A stretch of 64,000 nucleotides of DNA from Halobacteriovoraceae bacterium (GTDB lineage Bacteria > Bdellovibrionota > Bacteriovoracia > Bacteriovoracales > Bacteriovoracaceae), in the NCBI GenBank assembly GCA_963719505.1, contig CAVRCF010000005.1, positions 1,120,001-1,184,000 of the forward strand, in the 5' to 3' direction. The translations under genes were made by a program, and so were the position numbers. Each line of letters starts with the position of its first letter. Positions within the stretch are counted from its first letter, which is position 1. Below, piece by piece: positions 48,487 through 58,717 of the stretch. Under the pieces are notes generated by a model. It was not told where the DNA came from. It ran no database searches and was given only the letters and a program-made list of their open reading frames with translations.

Positions 48487-49745
48487 TTTGAAACTTTGCC
48501 CTCACCATCATGAAAATGAATCTTTATTGAGGTGCCTTGTTTAATACTATTAAAACTTTTTAGGTTTGTAATGACATTCTTGTCTTCACTTTCCAGAATT
48601 GAGTAGCCTCTTTTAAGAACTTTCTTCGGATCCATTGCAAAGAGCTTTCCTTCAATAACATCTAAGCGTCTTCTTAGATTTTGACTTTTGTCTTCTAAGC
48701 ATGACACGCTTAGTTCAATAAGTTCATCTAGGTGTTGTTGCTTTTGATAAATACCGATGAGCTCAAAAGACCTACCGATCAAGTCAATTTTCTCAAATCT
48801 ATTCTTTTCTTTTTCAAAATTCATCTTTAAGTTTGCAAGTTGATTCTTCGGGCTCAAACGCTTTACTCTCTTCTCAATCTCAGTATGTTGGCGATAGAGA
48901 AGACTTCCCAGCTTGTGTCCAATAAACTTCATCTTCGTACTCAGCTCCTTATGGGAACTAGATAAGACCTCTGCAGCAGCTGTGGGGGTCTCCATTCTAA
49001 GATCCGAAGCATAGTCACAAAGTGTATAGTCAACTTGATGTCCTACAGCCGAAATAATAGGTATAGGGCACTCAAACATTGTGCGCACAAAACCCTCGTC
49101 GTTAAAAGACCATAAATCCTCTAGGGCTCCCCCACCTCTTGTTACAACAATGACATCGAGTAGATCAATTTGCATGGCTTTGATAAGAGAGTCTGTTAAT
49201 GACTTTGCACTATTAGGACCTTGAACGATAGCGGGTATAATAATAACTTCTCCCCAAAAAGAGCGTCTCTTTAGAGTGTTTAAAAAGTCTTGTAGTGCGG
49301 CTCCGTCAAGAGCTGTGATGACGCCGCACCTTTTTGGAAATTTAGGGATATCTCTTTTTAAACTGATATCGAAAAGTCCCTCTCGAGTCAGCTTCGCTTT
49401 TAAAATTTCATATTGTTTTAAAAGATTTCCCTCGCCTGCTGGCAGAATTTTTTTTGCCAAAAGCTGGAAAGTTCCTTTCTTTTGATAAACACTAATGGGT
49501 CCAGAGATTATTACCTGGTCTCCATTTTTCACATTTTTTATGTAGGGATTTCTATAGGCGTCCATTTTAAAGAGAGCTACTGAAATTGCACTTGAGCTAT
49601 CCGACAGTGTCATATACCAATGTCCAGCGCCGGAGGAAGAGATATTGGAGACCTCTCCAACAACTGTTACAGCTCGAAAAGAGCCTTCAAGGCTCTGTTT
49701 AACAGCACCAATTAGTTCTGAGACGGACTGTGCCTGGATGCTCAT
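48483..49745 (-). CDS. xseA: Exodeoxyribonuclease VII large subunit
   Basis: GEVSN...GHWY, GAALQD, RGGGALEDLWSFN, SAVGH, TPTAAAE, LKRGYS. Confidence 0.95.
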   Translation of the reverse strand: MSIQAQSVSELIGAVKQSLEGSFRAVTVVGEVSNISSSGAGHWYMTLSDSSSAISVALFKMDAYRNPYIKNVKNGDQVIISGPISVYQKKGTFQLLAKKILPAGEGNLLKQYEILKAKLTREGLFDISLKRDIPKFPKRCGVITALDGAALQDFLNTLKRRSFWGEVIIIPAIVQGPNSAKSLTDSLIKAMQIDLLDVIVVTRGGGALEDLWSFNDEGFVRTMFECPIPIISAVGHQVDYTLCDYASDLRMETPTAAAEVLSSSHKELSTKMKFIGHKLGSLLYRQHTEIEKRVKRLSPKNQLANLKMNFEKEKNRFEKIDLIGRSFELIGIYQKQQHLDELIELSVSCLEDKSQNLRRRLDVIEGKLFAMDPKKVLKRGYSILESEDKNVITNLKSFNSIKQGTSIKIHFHDGEGKVSK

Positions 49746-51103
49746 TATTTTGTTTTTATATTATTGTATACTGTGAACGACTTAAGATAATTTACCGCTT
49801 GAAGGATTTGATAATCTCCATTTGGATCATATTTTTTGAAAATATCTTTTTCTTTATCTTTTTTTGATTTCATCTCAGCAATACGTTCTTTTCGTTCTTC
49901 TTTTTTCTCTTTTTCTAGACGAATTCTTTCATCTTCTGTGCGAATAGTTGCCGTAAGATGATTTCGAAGATCTTTTTCTCTAATAAAAGAAGACTCTTTT
50001 TCATGCTCTGCCAACCAGTTAGCTTCAACGCTATTCATTTTGATATCCGGGATAATTCCGATTGCTTGGATCTTTTTATTTGATGGAGTCATGTACTGAG
50101 CAATTGTGAGTTTAACGCCATTTTCATCATCAATTTTAGCAACCGTTTGTACGCTACCTTTACCAAATGTCTGGCTCCCCATGATCATGGCCCTTTTATG
50201 ATCTTGAAGGGCTCCCGCAACAATTTCTGAAGCTGAAGCACTCGCTCCATTGACGAGAACAATAATAGGCGTCTCTAAATCTTTATAGCCTGTTTTCTTT
50301 ACGTAGCGAATCTCTTTTTCGTTGGGATCTCTCGCCTCAGTGGAGACGACAATACCGTCTTTTAAGAAAATTGAAGAGATATCCACCGCTTGATCAAGCA
50401 AACCACCAGGGTTAGAGCGAAGATCAAGGATAATACCCTTCACTCCTCCAGACTTTTTGGATTCCTCTTTTAGTTTTTTAAGGGCCCTAACAATGTAGTC
50501 TGATGACTTTCTTTGAAATTGAGTTAGACGTATCCATGCAAAGTTTTTATCGATAAGGGCTGACTTTACCGGTTTAACTTTAATTCTTTCTCTTTTTATT
50601 GTGAAATGTTTTATCCCTTTCTCACCTTCTCGAACGATACCTAGATGTATTTTAGTTCCAATATCGCCCTTCATCCTATCCGTTGATTCATCTAGAGTCA
50701 TACCAAGAATCGACTCATGATTAATCTCAACGATTTTATCTTTTGACTTTATTCCAGCCTTAAAGGCAGGAGTATCATCAATGGGAGTGACAACATAAAC
50801 GACTCCATCCTTCTGTGTTACTTCAATACCAAGACCACCGAACTCTCCGTCGGTATCGTTTTGCATCTTCTTGAAGAATTCTTTGTTGAGAAATGCGGAG
50901 TGAGGATCTAAAGTGTCCATCATTCCCTTTAGAGCACCTTCAATGAGCTTGTTCGTGTCAACTTTTCTATAGTACTGGTTTTCTATGAGGTATAGAACTT
51001 TATTAAAGAGTTCTAATTCTTCAAAACGCGATCTCTTCTTTGGAGCTGAAAATCCAATGTTTACGAAAAGACAGAGACCTAGTACTAGGTGGCCATATTT
51101 CAT
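49745..51103 (-). CDS. ctpA: Carboxyl-terminal processing protease (S41A)
   Basis: LDPHS, PDZ GLGI, DLRSNPGGLL, SASASEIVAGALQD, TFGKGSVQ. Confidence 0.93.
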   Translation of the reverse strand: MKYGHLVLGLCLFVNIGFSAPKKRSRFEELELFNKVLYLIENQYYRKVDTNKLIEGALKGMMDTLDPHSAFLNKEFFKKMQNDTDGEFGGLGIEVTQKDGVVYVVTPIDDTPAFKAGIKSKDKIVEINHESILGMTLDESTDRMKGDIGTKIHLGIVREGEKGIKHFTIKRERIKVKPVKSALIDKNFAWIRLTQFQRKSSDYIVRALKKLKEESKKSGGVKGIILDLRSNPGGLLDQAVDISSIFLKDGIVVSTEARDPNEKEIRYVKKTGYKDLETPIIVLVNGASASASEIVAGALQDHKRAMIMGSQTFGKGSVQTVAKIDDENGVKLTIAQYMTPSNKKIQAIGIIPDIKMNSVEANWLAEHEKESSFIREKDLRNHLTATIRTEDERIRLEKEKKEERKERIAEMKSKKDKEKDIFKKYDPNGDYQILQAVNYLKSFTVYNNIKTK

Positions 51104-51114
51104 ATATCTTCCTT

Positions 51115-52131
51115 TTAAATTCTTTTAGTCTTTAATAATTTTAATGTGTTTTGAGCCTTGTTGTTTTTTCTGATCTCATAATAAAGAGACTTTGTTAAAC
51201 CTAAGTCAATATTTGTATATCCAACCAGCCCGTTATCTTCAAGAAGATCACCTTTTTTTACTTTTAAATTAATGTCTCCCAAAATAACACTTCGTATATC
51301 TTGGCCATGGTCAATCATGACAACTCTACCGTAGCTGGCTAGCTCTCCAGCGTATACAACTTGACCTTTATGTGAAACCTTAATAGGTCCGACTTGATTA
51401 TATTTATAAGTGACACCTTCTTTAGAGCCTTTAAAGCTTAAATAATTCCCGATAGGACTATCAAAGGTGACTTCTAACTTCTCACTACTTCGTGCTAGTT
51501 TTTTAACATTATTCTTTTTCTTCTTAACCTTTATTCTTGCAATAGCTTCTGCAAGTTTCTCTTCTAAGTCATTTTTATTTTCCATTTTGGAAATATAACT
51601 CTGTCCAAGGCTTTCCTTCTTGCGCTCAAGACTGAGTATAAGATTGTATAAAGTCTCTTCATTGACACTTGTAGCTTTGAGGTTTTCTTCATATTCATTG
51701 ATAAGAACGAGTAGATTTTGAGAACTCTCTTGAGCTATCTTTAGCTCTGAAAGTTTTGAAGACAAGATCTTCATATACATTTTCTTTTTTAAAAGCTCGT
51801 CCTCGTTATTTTCATCAATGGAATCAAGGAGGTAATTATTTAGAACTCTTTTACTTTCTTTAAAACGTTTTGAAATACTTTGGGCTGACACCGAGAGATT
51901 ATTTTTTAGAGCGATAATCTTCTCATCAATCTCTTTTATCTTTTGAGTTTTACTAAGGTAGCTTTCATTTGACTCCCCAAGCTTACTTTCTAAAGACTTT
52001 ATTTCAGCTGCTATTTTTGAGACCTCTGCCGATTCCTTTGCAAGCTGATCTTTTAATTTTGAAACACCTGATTGCTTAGCAATCGCACTGCCACAAACTA
52101 AAAGTGAAAGTAAAAAAAGACTTTTATACAC
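51115..52131 (-). CDS. envC: EnvC-like murein hydrolase activator (coiled coil + degenerate M23)
   Basis: Long coiled coil; GQVVYAG..YG..VMIDHG; LYYEIR without Zn ligands; follows ftsEX. Confidence 0.75.
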   Translation of the reverse strand: MYKSLFLLSLLVCGSAIAKQSGVSKLKDQLAKESAEVSKIAAEIKSLESKLGESNESYLSKTQKIKEIDEKIIALKNNLSVSAQSISKRFKESKRVLNNYLLDSIDENNEDELLKKKMYMKILSSKLSELKIAQESSQNLLVLINEYEENLKATSVNEETLYNLILSLERKKESLGQSYISKMENKNDLEEKLAEAIARIKVKKKKNNVKKLARSSEKLEVTFDSPIGNYLSFKGSKEGVTYKYNQVGPIKVSHKGQVVYAGELASYGRVVMIDHGQDIRSVILGDINLKVKKGDLLEDNGLVGYTNIDLGLTKSLYYEIRKNNKAQNTLKLLKTKRI

Positions 52132-52133
52132 CG

Positions 52134-52931
52134 CTATACCAACTTTCTAAATTCATTTCTCTTAGAAAAAACAACTAAAGATAAACAAAAAGCGACAATA
52201 AGGTAAAGAGTTTCGGCCATAGAGACCTTGGGAATAAAATACATATTCAAACCAAAACCGACAGCAAACAAGAAGCTTATGCCAAAAGCAAATATCTTCA
52301 TATCAACTTTCTTTTTCCTTTGAAATTTTTCGATAAGAAATGAGTAATTCTTTAAATAGGTTCCAAAACTCAAACAACTAGCAAGCCATAAAATACTCAA
52401 GACTCCAATGATGTAGAAGTCTCCCCACTTATGCATAAGGACTCCAGGTGAGTTTTTAGAGAGTTCGACCCTTTTTGGATTTTTAATATTAGATATTGTT
52501 ATTGATTTATCTCCCACTAAACGAGTGAGATACTCCTTAATGAGACTCTGACTTCTATTTTGAATAGAATTTGAAAGTTCAATCGTCACGCTTGAGTAGT
52601 TAATATTCGAAAGACTTTTTAAAACATCACTATTGAGGTCAACCTGAAGAGAACCTAATTCTTTACTCACTTCCAAGGCTCTTTTGACTCTTACATTTTT
52701 AACACCCGGTAACTTTCTCATCTTCCTTTCAATTGCAGATAGATTTGAATCATCAGAAATAAGAGCATTAAAGTAGGGCCTAGATGTCGACTTTGTGCTT
52801 AAAGAGAAAAACTTTTTTATTGAAGATCTATTGTGTGTGGCCGTTATCAAAGTGAAAGAAAAAACCACAAAAAGCAAACCACTAATTCTGAAGTTCATAA
52901 GTGCTTTGAAAAAATGATTTAAATAAAACAT
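52134..52931 (-). CDS. ftsX: Divergent FtsX-like permease
   Basis: TM1, periplasmic domain (RKLPGVKNV) and three further TMs; lies between ftsE and envC. Confidence 0.6.
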   Translation of the reverse strand: MFYLNHFFKALMNFRISGLLFVVFSFTLITATHNRSSIKKFFSLSTKSTSRPYFNALISDDSNLSAIERKMRKLPGVKNVRVKRALEVSKELGSLQVDLNSDVLKSLSNINYSSVTIELSNSIQNRSQSLIKEYLTRLVGDKSITISNIKNPKRVELSKNSPGVLMHKWGDFYIIGVLSILWLASCLSFGTYLKNYSFLIEKFQRKKKVDMKIFAFGISFLFAVGFGLNMYFIPKVSMAETLYLIVAFCLSLVVFSKRNEFRKLV

Positions 52932-53617
52932 GCATGCCCCGAATAGACTAAGTTTCCAGCATCTAAATGGACAATTTTTCCAGGAAACTGCTTAACAAGA
53001 TCCCGATTGTGTGATGCCCAGATGACGGTTAAATTTTTTCTTACGTTATAGAAGTTTAAAATTTCAAAAAGCTTCATTGCGCTTTCTTTATCTAAAGCGG
53101 CCGTCGGCTCATCTGCCAACAAGACTTCTGGCTTACTGAGCAGAGCTCTCACCATCGCTACTTTTTGCTTCAAGCCCCCATTGGCCTTTTTAACCTTTAG
53201 AGACAGCTTATCTTCGAAGCCAAGCACTCGACACAGTTCAGTCATATCGTGATGGAATTCATTTTTATTTTTGTAAATCTTAGGATCGTAGCTTACCCAC
53301 AAATTCTCCTCACACGACTTGTTTTCCATTAGTTTGAGATCTTGGAAAACCTGTGCAACGAAAATATTCTTTTTTGTGGTTTTGTGAAATTGGCCATGAT
53401 TGGGAGTGATGTCTTCAGCTAAAAGATTCAATAAAGTTGATTTACCGGCACCAGACTTTCCAGTAATAAATAAAACTTCACCCGCATTTACGGTCAAGTT
53501 TACATTTCTCAAGGCTTTAACTTTGCCAAAGTGAACAGAGGTACCATCCAAATTGAATAAGAATGGTGCACCTAAACTATTTGAATTATTACGATTAAGT
53601 AAGCTGTTGTCTATCAT
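52919..53617 (-). CDS. ftsE: FtsE-like ABC ATPase
   Basis: GKSGAGKST, VFQDLKL, LLADEPT, ASHN; signature altered to ANGGLKQK. Confidence 0.75.
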   Translation of the reverse strand: MIDNSLLNRNNSNSLGAPFLFNLDGTSVHFGKVKALRNVNLTVNAGEVLFITGKSGAGKSTLLNLLAEDITPNHGQFHKTTKKNIFVAQVFQDLKLMENKSCEENLWVSYDPKIYKNKNEFHHDMTELCRVLGFEDKLSLKVKKANGGLKQKVAMVRALLSKPEVLLADEPTAALDKESAMKLFEILNFYNVRKNLTVIWASHNRDLVKQFPGKIVHLDAGNLVYSGHACFI

Positions 53618-53773
53618 CTGACCTTCCGAAGTCTAATTCAGCACTAGAGTGCTGGCAGATCCATCTGCCTCTTTATTTTAACGCTTTTTGGCGTATAAAG
53701 TAAAGAGGATAGAAAATGGTAAAAAAATTAACCGTTGAAAATGATCGGGAAATATGTTTATGAATAAATCATA

Positions 53774-53808
53774 CCAAGAAAGTAGCTGAGCTTTCGGCTC
53801 AAGTTACT
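53774..53808 (-). terminator. Terminator hairpin after the nuclease gene
   Basis: Minus strand AGTAACTTGAGC-cgaaa-GCTCAGCTACT then TTCTT. Confidence 0.6.
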
Positions 53809-53832
53809 CTCCTCCCAGACAAAAATTTGGTT

Positions 53833-56331
53833 TTAGAAGTCAAAAACTGAAATCACAGGGTCGTGATCAGATAATCGTCCCATAAAGTCAGAATTTAGCT
53901 GAGGAATTTGAAATGATCTCAATTTCGATCTTAGGTTTTTATTTACAAAGATATAATCCAGAGACTGAGAATTTCCATTATGGTTTGTTGTATACCAATC
54001 ATCTCTGGGAAGTTCCCTTATGAGATTATAAAGACGATCAGACTCTAGGACCTTCATAGGCATCTCGTTAACATAAGCGTTGAAGTCACCGATCACAGCA
54101 ATATTGGCCATCGAACTTTTTCTCTCAATCATACCGACAAAGTTACTGATAACACCGGCCAGCTTAGCCCTTTTTACTTCAGTATTTCTCACCACAGGTT
54201 GAATTGCACTAAAGTGAGATGTGTCACTTATCTTTGAGTTAAAATGATTCACAATGACAAAAACAGGTTTTCCCTTAAATAAAAATTCAGCCACGATACT
54301 TTTTCTTGTATTCATGAACTCCTCAGAGTTGGGAGCAATTCTTCCAGGATTGTAATTCAAGTGTCCATCCGGCATCACCACCGTCTCGGTACTTGGACCG
54401 GGAGCTGGGTTGCTTTCAAAGGAGACTCTATTTTTATTATAAATCATTGCCACTCTAATATTGGCTCCTGGAACACCACCTTCTCTATGCGACAGTGGAT
54501 TGAGGTTAATAGATTTATAGTCGATATTCTCGCAAGCTCCAACTTTTGGAATATAGTTGATCAAATTTTTAATTGTTTTATTCGCCTGAGAGCTTCCACT
54601 AAAGTCCTCTCCATTATTGTCTTGAATCTCAACAAGTCCAAGGATGTCAGGACAAGATAAGTTTTCTTGAATCATCTCTGCCGTTTTCTTGAGTCTCGGT
54701 TTGTCATCGCTTATCGAAGATAGGTTTTTAATATTGTAGCTTGCAATAACAAGTGAATCTTCATCAAGATGGGCATCCAACTTGGGTCTATTAGACAGAG
54801 AGACAATCTCGACATCTCTTTTACTTTCATTAAAGTTTTCCAAGACATCAGATTTCTGTGGTATCTGAAAAAGGTATTCTCCTTCTCCGAATATATTTTT
54901 AGTGAAGGTTATAATCCCCTCTAGTTCTCCCTCCATAATATCACCGACATTATAAATGGTATTTGTATTTAAGTCATTTGTAAGAGGCCCTGAGGCTATT
55001 GTTAAAATATCAGGGTTTAAAATATCTTCATCAGGTTTGGTATAGACCCCACCAACTTCTGTGGTGAGCCTCACCGATGGTGTCTCAGGAACGACATATA
55101 AAGTTAGATTTCTTTTTGAATCGGAGAAAGTTTCATTCCCTCCTCTAAAACCCACAACTTTAGGATTAACAATACTTACTCTCATCCCTTCAAGGCTTTC
55201 CCAAAAATCTATTGCATCTGTAAGATTTAAAAACGGTTTAAAATTGAGATCTCCAACATAAGTTGAAAAGTGATTATTGGGTATATTTGTTATTTTTATT
55301 AAAGTGGGAAGTTTATTATTTGATGATATCACTTTAACAGCAGTAATGTTTCTTAAAGATGTTGTTGTTAAAGAGTCAAGAGCATTATTAGACTCTTCGA
55401 AAACCACTCCGCTTACTTCAACCGAGTCACCTATTTTAATTTTTGGATCTTCTTCAAAATGCAATTTAATAGCTTCACTGGTAAGAGAACTTTGATCAGG
55501 GGTATTCGACTGAATGTAGGCCACAAAGCCGCCTGGAGCATCATCTATCTGTGCACTAGCAGTAACAATACCAAAGGTTGTGACAAAGTTCCCCATAAAA
55601 GGAGATAAGAAACTAACTCCTTGAATTTCATTTATTTGTTTTTGTCCAAGATTCTTCGCAACTGTGTGCCTCACAGAAGCCCTAACAGTATTAAGTAGTG
55701 GTATTGTTTTAGACTTACTTAGAAATTTTTTTAAAGACTCTTTTGCGGAAATAATGACATTTGTTTGATCATAAATTCTATCAATCCCATTTCTGTAAAG
55801 ATATGGAGGGAACACTTTCCCTGGTCTAATCATATGATCACTAATGGCCACAAGATAAGACCTCGAATCAACCAAATGAGAATTATCAAATCCGTACTGC
55901 TCAGACAGTAGCCTTCCGCCTTTAAAGAGTAAGTCATACCTCACGCCAGCAACTTCAAGATCGACGTTAAATCTCTCCAAGCTTCTTTGTCTAATAAAGG
56001 TTTTTAAACCCTCACCAGTCATATATCCAAGTCTAAAGTCGTCTCGAGTATCATCTGGGTACAAATCGAGAAGGTTTTCGAGGTCTTGAACACTGGAATT
56101 TTCAGATAAAATCCCTGCGACATTTTTGTTAATATATTCAGATGGATAAAGAACAACATCAAGTTTATGAATCTCTCTCATCGCACTTGTCACAAGGTTA
56201 CCAGCAACAGTTGACTGCTGCCCACTGGCCTTAGCACTTACAACCATATTTTCTTGCACACTCATGTACTCTTTTTTAGAGCAGGAGACAAAAGAGAGAA
56301 GTAAAATTAATGTGATTGCTGGACTCATCAT
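53833..56331 (-). CDS. Lipoprotein nuclease: 5'-nucleotidase C-terminal domain + ExeM/NucH-type OB region + EEP (DNase I-like) domain
   Basis: Lipobox FVSC; GNLVTSAMR...MTGEGLK...VAGVRY...YLVAISDH; INEIQG..SP..G; WESLEGMRV; SYNIKNL, EIQD, NHFNSK, GDFNA, LDYIFV, SDHDP. Confidence 0.85.
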   Translation of the reverse strand: MMSPAITLILLLSFVSCSKKEYMSVQENMVVSAKASGQQSTVAGNLVTSAMREIHKLDVVLYPSEYINKNVAGILSENSSVQDLENLLDLYPDDTRDDFRLGYMTGEGLKTFIRQRSLERFNVDLEVAGVRYDLLFKGGRLLSEQYGFDNSHLVDSRSYLVAISDHMIRPGKVFPPYLYRNGIDRIYDQTNVIISAKESLKKFLSKSKTIPLLNTVRASVRHTVAKNLGQKQINEIQGVSFLSPFMGNFVTTFGIVTASAQIDDAPGGFVAYIQSNTPDQSSLTSEAIKLHFEEDPKIKIGDSVEVSGVVFEESNNALDSLTTTSLRNITAVKVISSNNKLPTLIKITNIPNNHFSTYVGDLNFKPFLNLTDAIDFWESLEGMRVSIVNPKVVGFRGGNETFSDSKRNLTLYVVPETPSVRLTTEVGGVYTKPDEDILNPDILTIASGPLTNDLNTNTIYNVGDIMEGELEGIITFTKNIFGEGEYLFQIPQKSDVLENFNESKRDVEIVSLSNRPKLDAHLDEDSLVIASYNIKNLSSISDDKPRLKKTAEMIQENLSCPDILGLVEIQDNNGEDFSGSSQANKTIKNLINYIPKVGACENIDYKSINLNPLSHREGGVPGANIRVAMIYNKNRVSFESNPAPGPSTETVVMPDGHLNYNPGRIAPNSEEFMNTRKSIVAEFLFKGKPVFVIVNHFNSKISDTSHFSAIQPVVRNTEVKRAKLAGVISNFVGMIERKSSMANIAVIGDFNAYVNEMPMKVLESDRLYNLIRELPRDDWYTTNHNGNSQSLDYIFVNKNLRSKLRSFQIPQLNSDFMGRLSDHDPVISVFDF

Positions 56332-57251
56332 TATTTCTCCAAGACCTCTAGTTTAAAAAGGTTAAAGGCAGGGAAGAATTTATCCGCAGCTTTTGACGTG
56401 TATTCAATTTTAAATCTTATATCTGTGTCAACAAAATCGAGATTAATATCATTCGTAACTGAAGGTGGATCACTAAAACTGCTCGCATCAGGACCAATTT
56501 CAACATCTAAGTCAATCCATTCGATGGTAGAAACATCTTCTCGATCTTCTCCAACGAAGAACTTTATAAGCTTCTGATCTCTTGCGTCTCGAGCATAGAA
56601 TCTCACCAGGTATTCAAACCGCACAGAGTAGAGCATAGACTCCAACGCAATGGTTGGTGTTATCGCAATTGTTGTTCCATCATTTTTCTGCCCAAAACTA
56701 TCAACACCGACATATGGACCGTGTTCATTTTCTCTATTTGTAAAGTCCGCTGCATTTTCTTCTTTTTCCATTAAAAGTTTTTGGGCATTCTCTTCATCAA
56801 ACTGGAATTTTATAAGATAATTTTCAGCAACTCCCCCCTGGTTAAGATAGAGCGACTCAATAAGATCTTCTAACTTCGAAATGTATGGAGCGATATATGA
56901 TTGATCCGTAACAGTTATGATTAGGTTTCCAGCTTCAAAAACGATGTCTTCTAACTCCTTTAAAACTGTTTCATTTTTGGGGTTATCGAGAAGAACAATA
57001 AGTGCTCTTCTTGAGCGGACAAGAAACTCTCTAAAGAGATTTCGCTGATCGTTAGTTGAGCTTCTCATGATCGTATCTTCCGCCAAATCCAACTGCAGTC
57101 TATTATTATCTTGGATCAACGTAGATATCTCAGTGGAATAGATTCCAGACTGTATCATGACAGGAGATTCAACAACTTCGTTCTTTTTTTGACAGGCTAA
57201 AAAAGAGAGTAAAATAAAAAGAGATAATAATACTTTCATTAAAACCACCAT
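56331..57251 (-). CDS. Hypothetical lipoprotein with beta-sandwich C-terminal domain
   Basis: Lipobox FLAC; ITPTIAL...IRFKIEY jelly-roll-like strands; acidic. Confidence 0.7.
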   Translation of the reverse strand: MVVLMKVLLSLFILLSFLACQKKNEVVESPVMIQSGIYSTEISTLIQDNNRLQLDLAEDTIMRSSTNDQRNLFREFLVRSRRALIVLLDNPKNETVLKELEDIVFEAGNLIITVTDQSYIAPYISKLEDLIESLYLNQGGVAENYLIKFQFDEENAQKLLMEKEENAADFTNRENEHGPYVGVDSFGQKNDGTTIAITPTIALESMLYSVRFEYLVRFYARDARDQKLIKFFVGEDREDVSTIEWIDLDVEIGPDASSFSDPPSVTNDINLDFVDTDIRFKIEYTSKAADKFFPAFNLFKLEVLEK

Positions 57252-58660
57252 AGTTGATTTGAGCTAAAGTCATCGAATGTGTATATAAGATCAAAGCTTA
57301 GGATATAGTTTTCCTTAGTGAAGCTAGATAAAGCCCTATCACTTCGTTGACCGGTCGAGTTTGTGAAAACTGGATTTTCAGATTTTTGATACTCAAGATA
57401 AGGTTTAAAATACATATTTTTTTTGTAGAAGTAAGTTCCAACGCCCACCTTGGTTAGGCCACCATGAGAAGCAGTCTCATCACTATTTCTCAATAAGTGA
57501 GCTGACTCATCGCCATCATAGATGAAGTATTCATCTTGCACCTTTAATGACAAATAAGGAGTTATATCTTCGAAATTATACCCAATCTTTAATGAGTGAC
57601 CAAAACCAACCTCTCCAAGCCAGTCTTGACGAACACCATTTATGTCAGCATAGGTCGGTGAAAAAGGAGCTGGCGTCTGGTTTCGAAACCAATTTGTTTG
57701 ACGATCAATATTAAAAGGATTTTTTCCAGCTTTAGACATTGTTGTTTCAAACTCAACAATAAAACGTCCCAATCTTCTAAATACATTTAAGGATGAAGCC
57801 GACTCAAGAAGAGATCCAGTCTCATCGGTATTATCGTGGGCCAAATGTTGAAGACTTACTTTTGTTTTGTCCGAATCTATCATGAGGTAACCCATTTTAT
57901 AGGCATTTGTCTCTTTTCGTTTCCATCCTGTTGCGGTTGGGTTCGTTTCAATATCAAAGTCACTATTTATTGGATAAAAATAAGAAGCGACACCAAAGCC
58001 CAAATAGAAGTTATGTGCACCGACTGTATAATTGTACTCAAGACCTGGAATGGTTTTACTGACTACATTTTCACTTCCGATGGGTGTTGCACCTATGGAG
58101 TTGGGAGACCCAGTAACTGTTTCTAGTCTTGAGACATCTAAAGTATTAAATTCATCACCGACATCACTTCTGAAGTTAAACGGGTAAAATATAAAACTAT
58201 GTCTTTGATTAATCTGGTAGGAAATCAAGGTGTCATCACTATCAAGATCAGGACCAATAGAGATTCCACCTGCACTTTCTTCATCCTCGGTATCGTTGGT
58301 AAGCATCTCTAAATCTATCTGAATATTAAATTTTTCAAATGACTTTGCTAAAATAAATTCAAAGCGAGACGTTTTATTATTGTATCTGTTCTCCCTTGGG
58401 TCTGTAACAAACCTAAGTCTTGCGAATGTTCTTGGAGCAACATGGTATCTTGCTGACATCGATAAAACTGATTCGTCACCAAGTTTCGTTTTCTGTGAAT
58501 CACTGTAAATATCATCCTCATACCTAATTCGATCAAGAATGAATTCATTTAACGGCACGGCTTCAAGGTCTCTTGGAATAATACCTTGAAGGATATTTTG
58601 TTGTGTTGGAACCTGAGCAAAAGTCCAACTACTAAGGAGCAGGAAGAAAATTATTTTCAT
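57239..58660 (-). CDS. Putative outer-membrane porin/beta-barrel
   Basis: Signal peptide (TFA); many alternating aromatic beta strands; C-terminal aromatic QLWWF. Confidence 0.65.
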   Translation of the reverse strand: MKIIFFLLLSSWTFAQVPTQQNILQGIIPRDLEAVPLNEFILDRIRYEDDIYSDSQKTKLGDESVLSMSARYHVAPRTFARLRFVTDPRENRYNNKTSRFEFILAKSFEKFNIQIDLEMLTNDTEDEESAGGISIGPDLDSDDTLISYQINQRHSFIFYPFNFRSDVGDEFNTLDVSRLETVTGSPNSIGATPIGSENVVSKTIPGLEYNYTVGAHNFYLGFGVASYFYPINSDFDIETNPTATGWKRKETNAYKMGYLMIDSDKTKVSLQHLAHDNTDETGSLLESASSLNVFRRLGRFIVEFETTMSKAGKNPFNIDRQTNWFRNQTPAPFSPTYADINGVRQDWLGEVGFGHSLKIGYNFEDITPYLSLKVQDEYFIYDGDESAHLLRNSDETASHGGLTKVGVGTYFYKKNMYFKPYLEYQKSENPVFTNSTGQRSDRALSSFTKENYILSFDLIYTFDDFSSNQLWWF

Positions 58661-58717
58661 TAAAAGAGCCTATTTTAAAGTTTCAAGACTCTTCTAACTC
58701 ATTTCTAAAATAATTAA

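Noticed and set aside
53637-53656. CIRCE (HrcA) operator
   Set aside because: Half-sites resemble TTAGCACTC/GAGTGCTAA but the 9-nt spacer is missing and no chaperone gene follows
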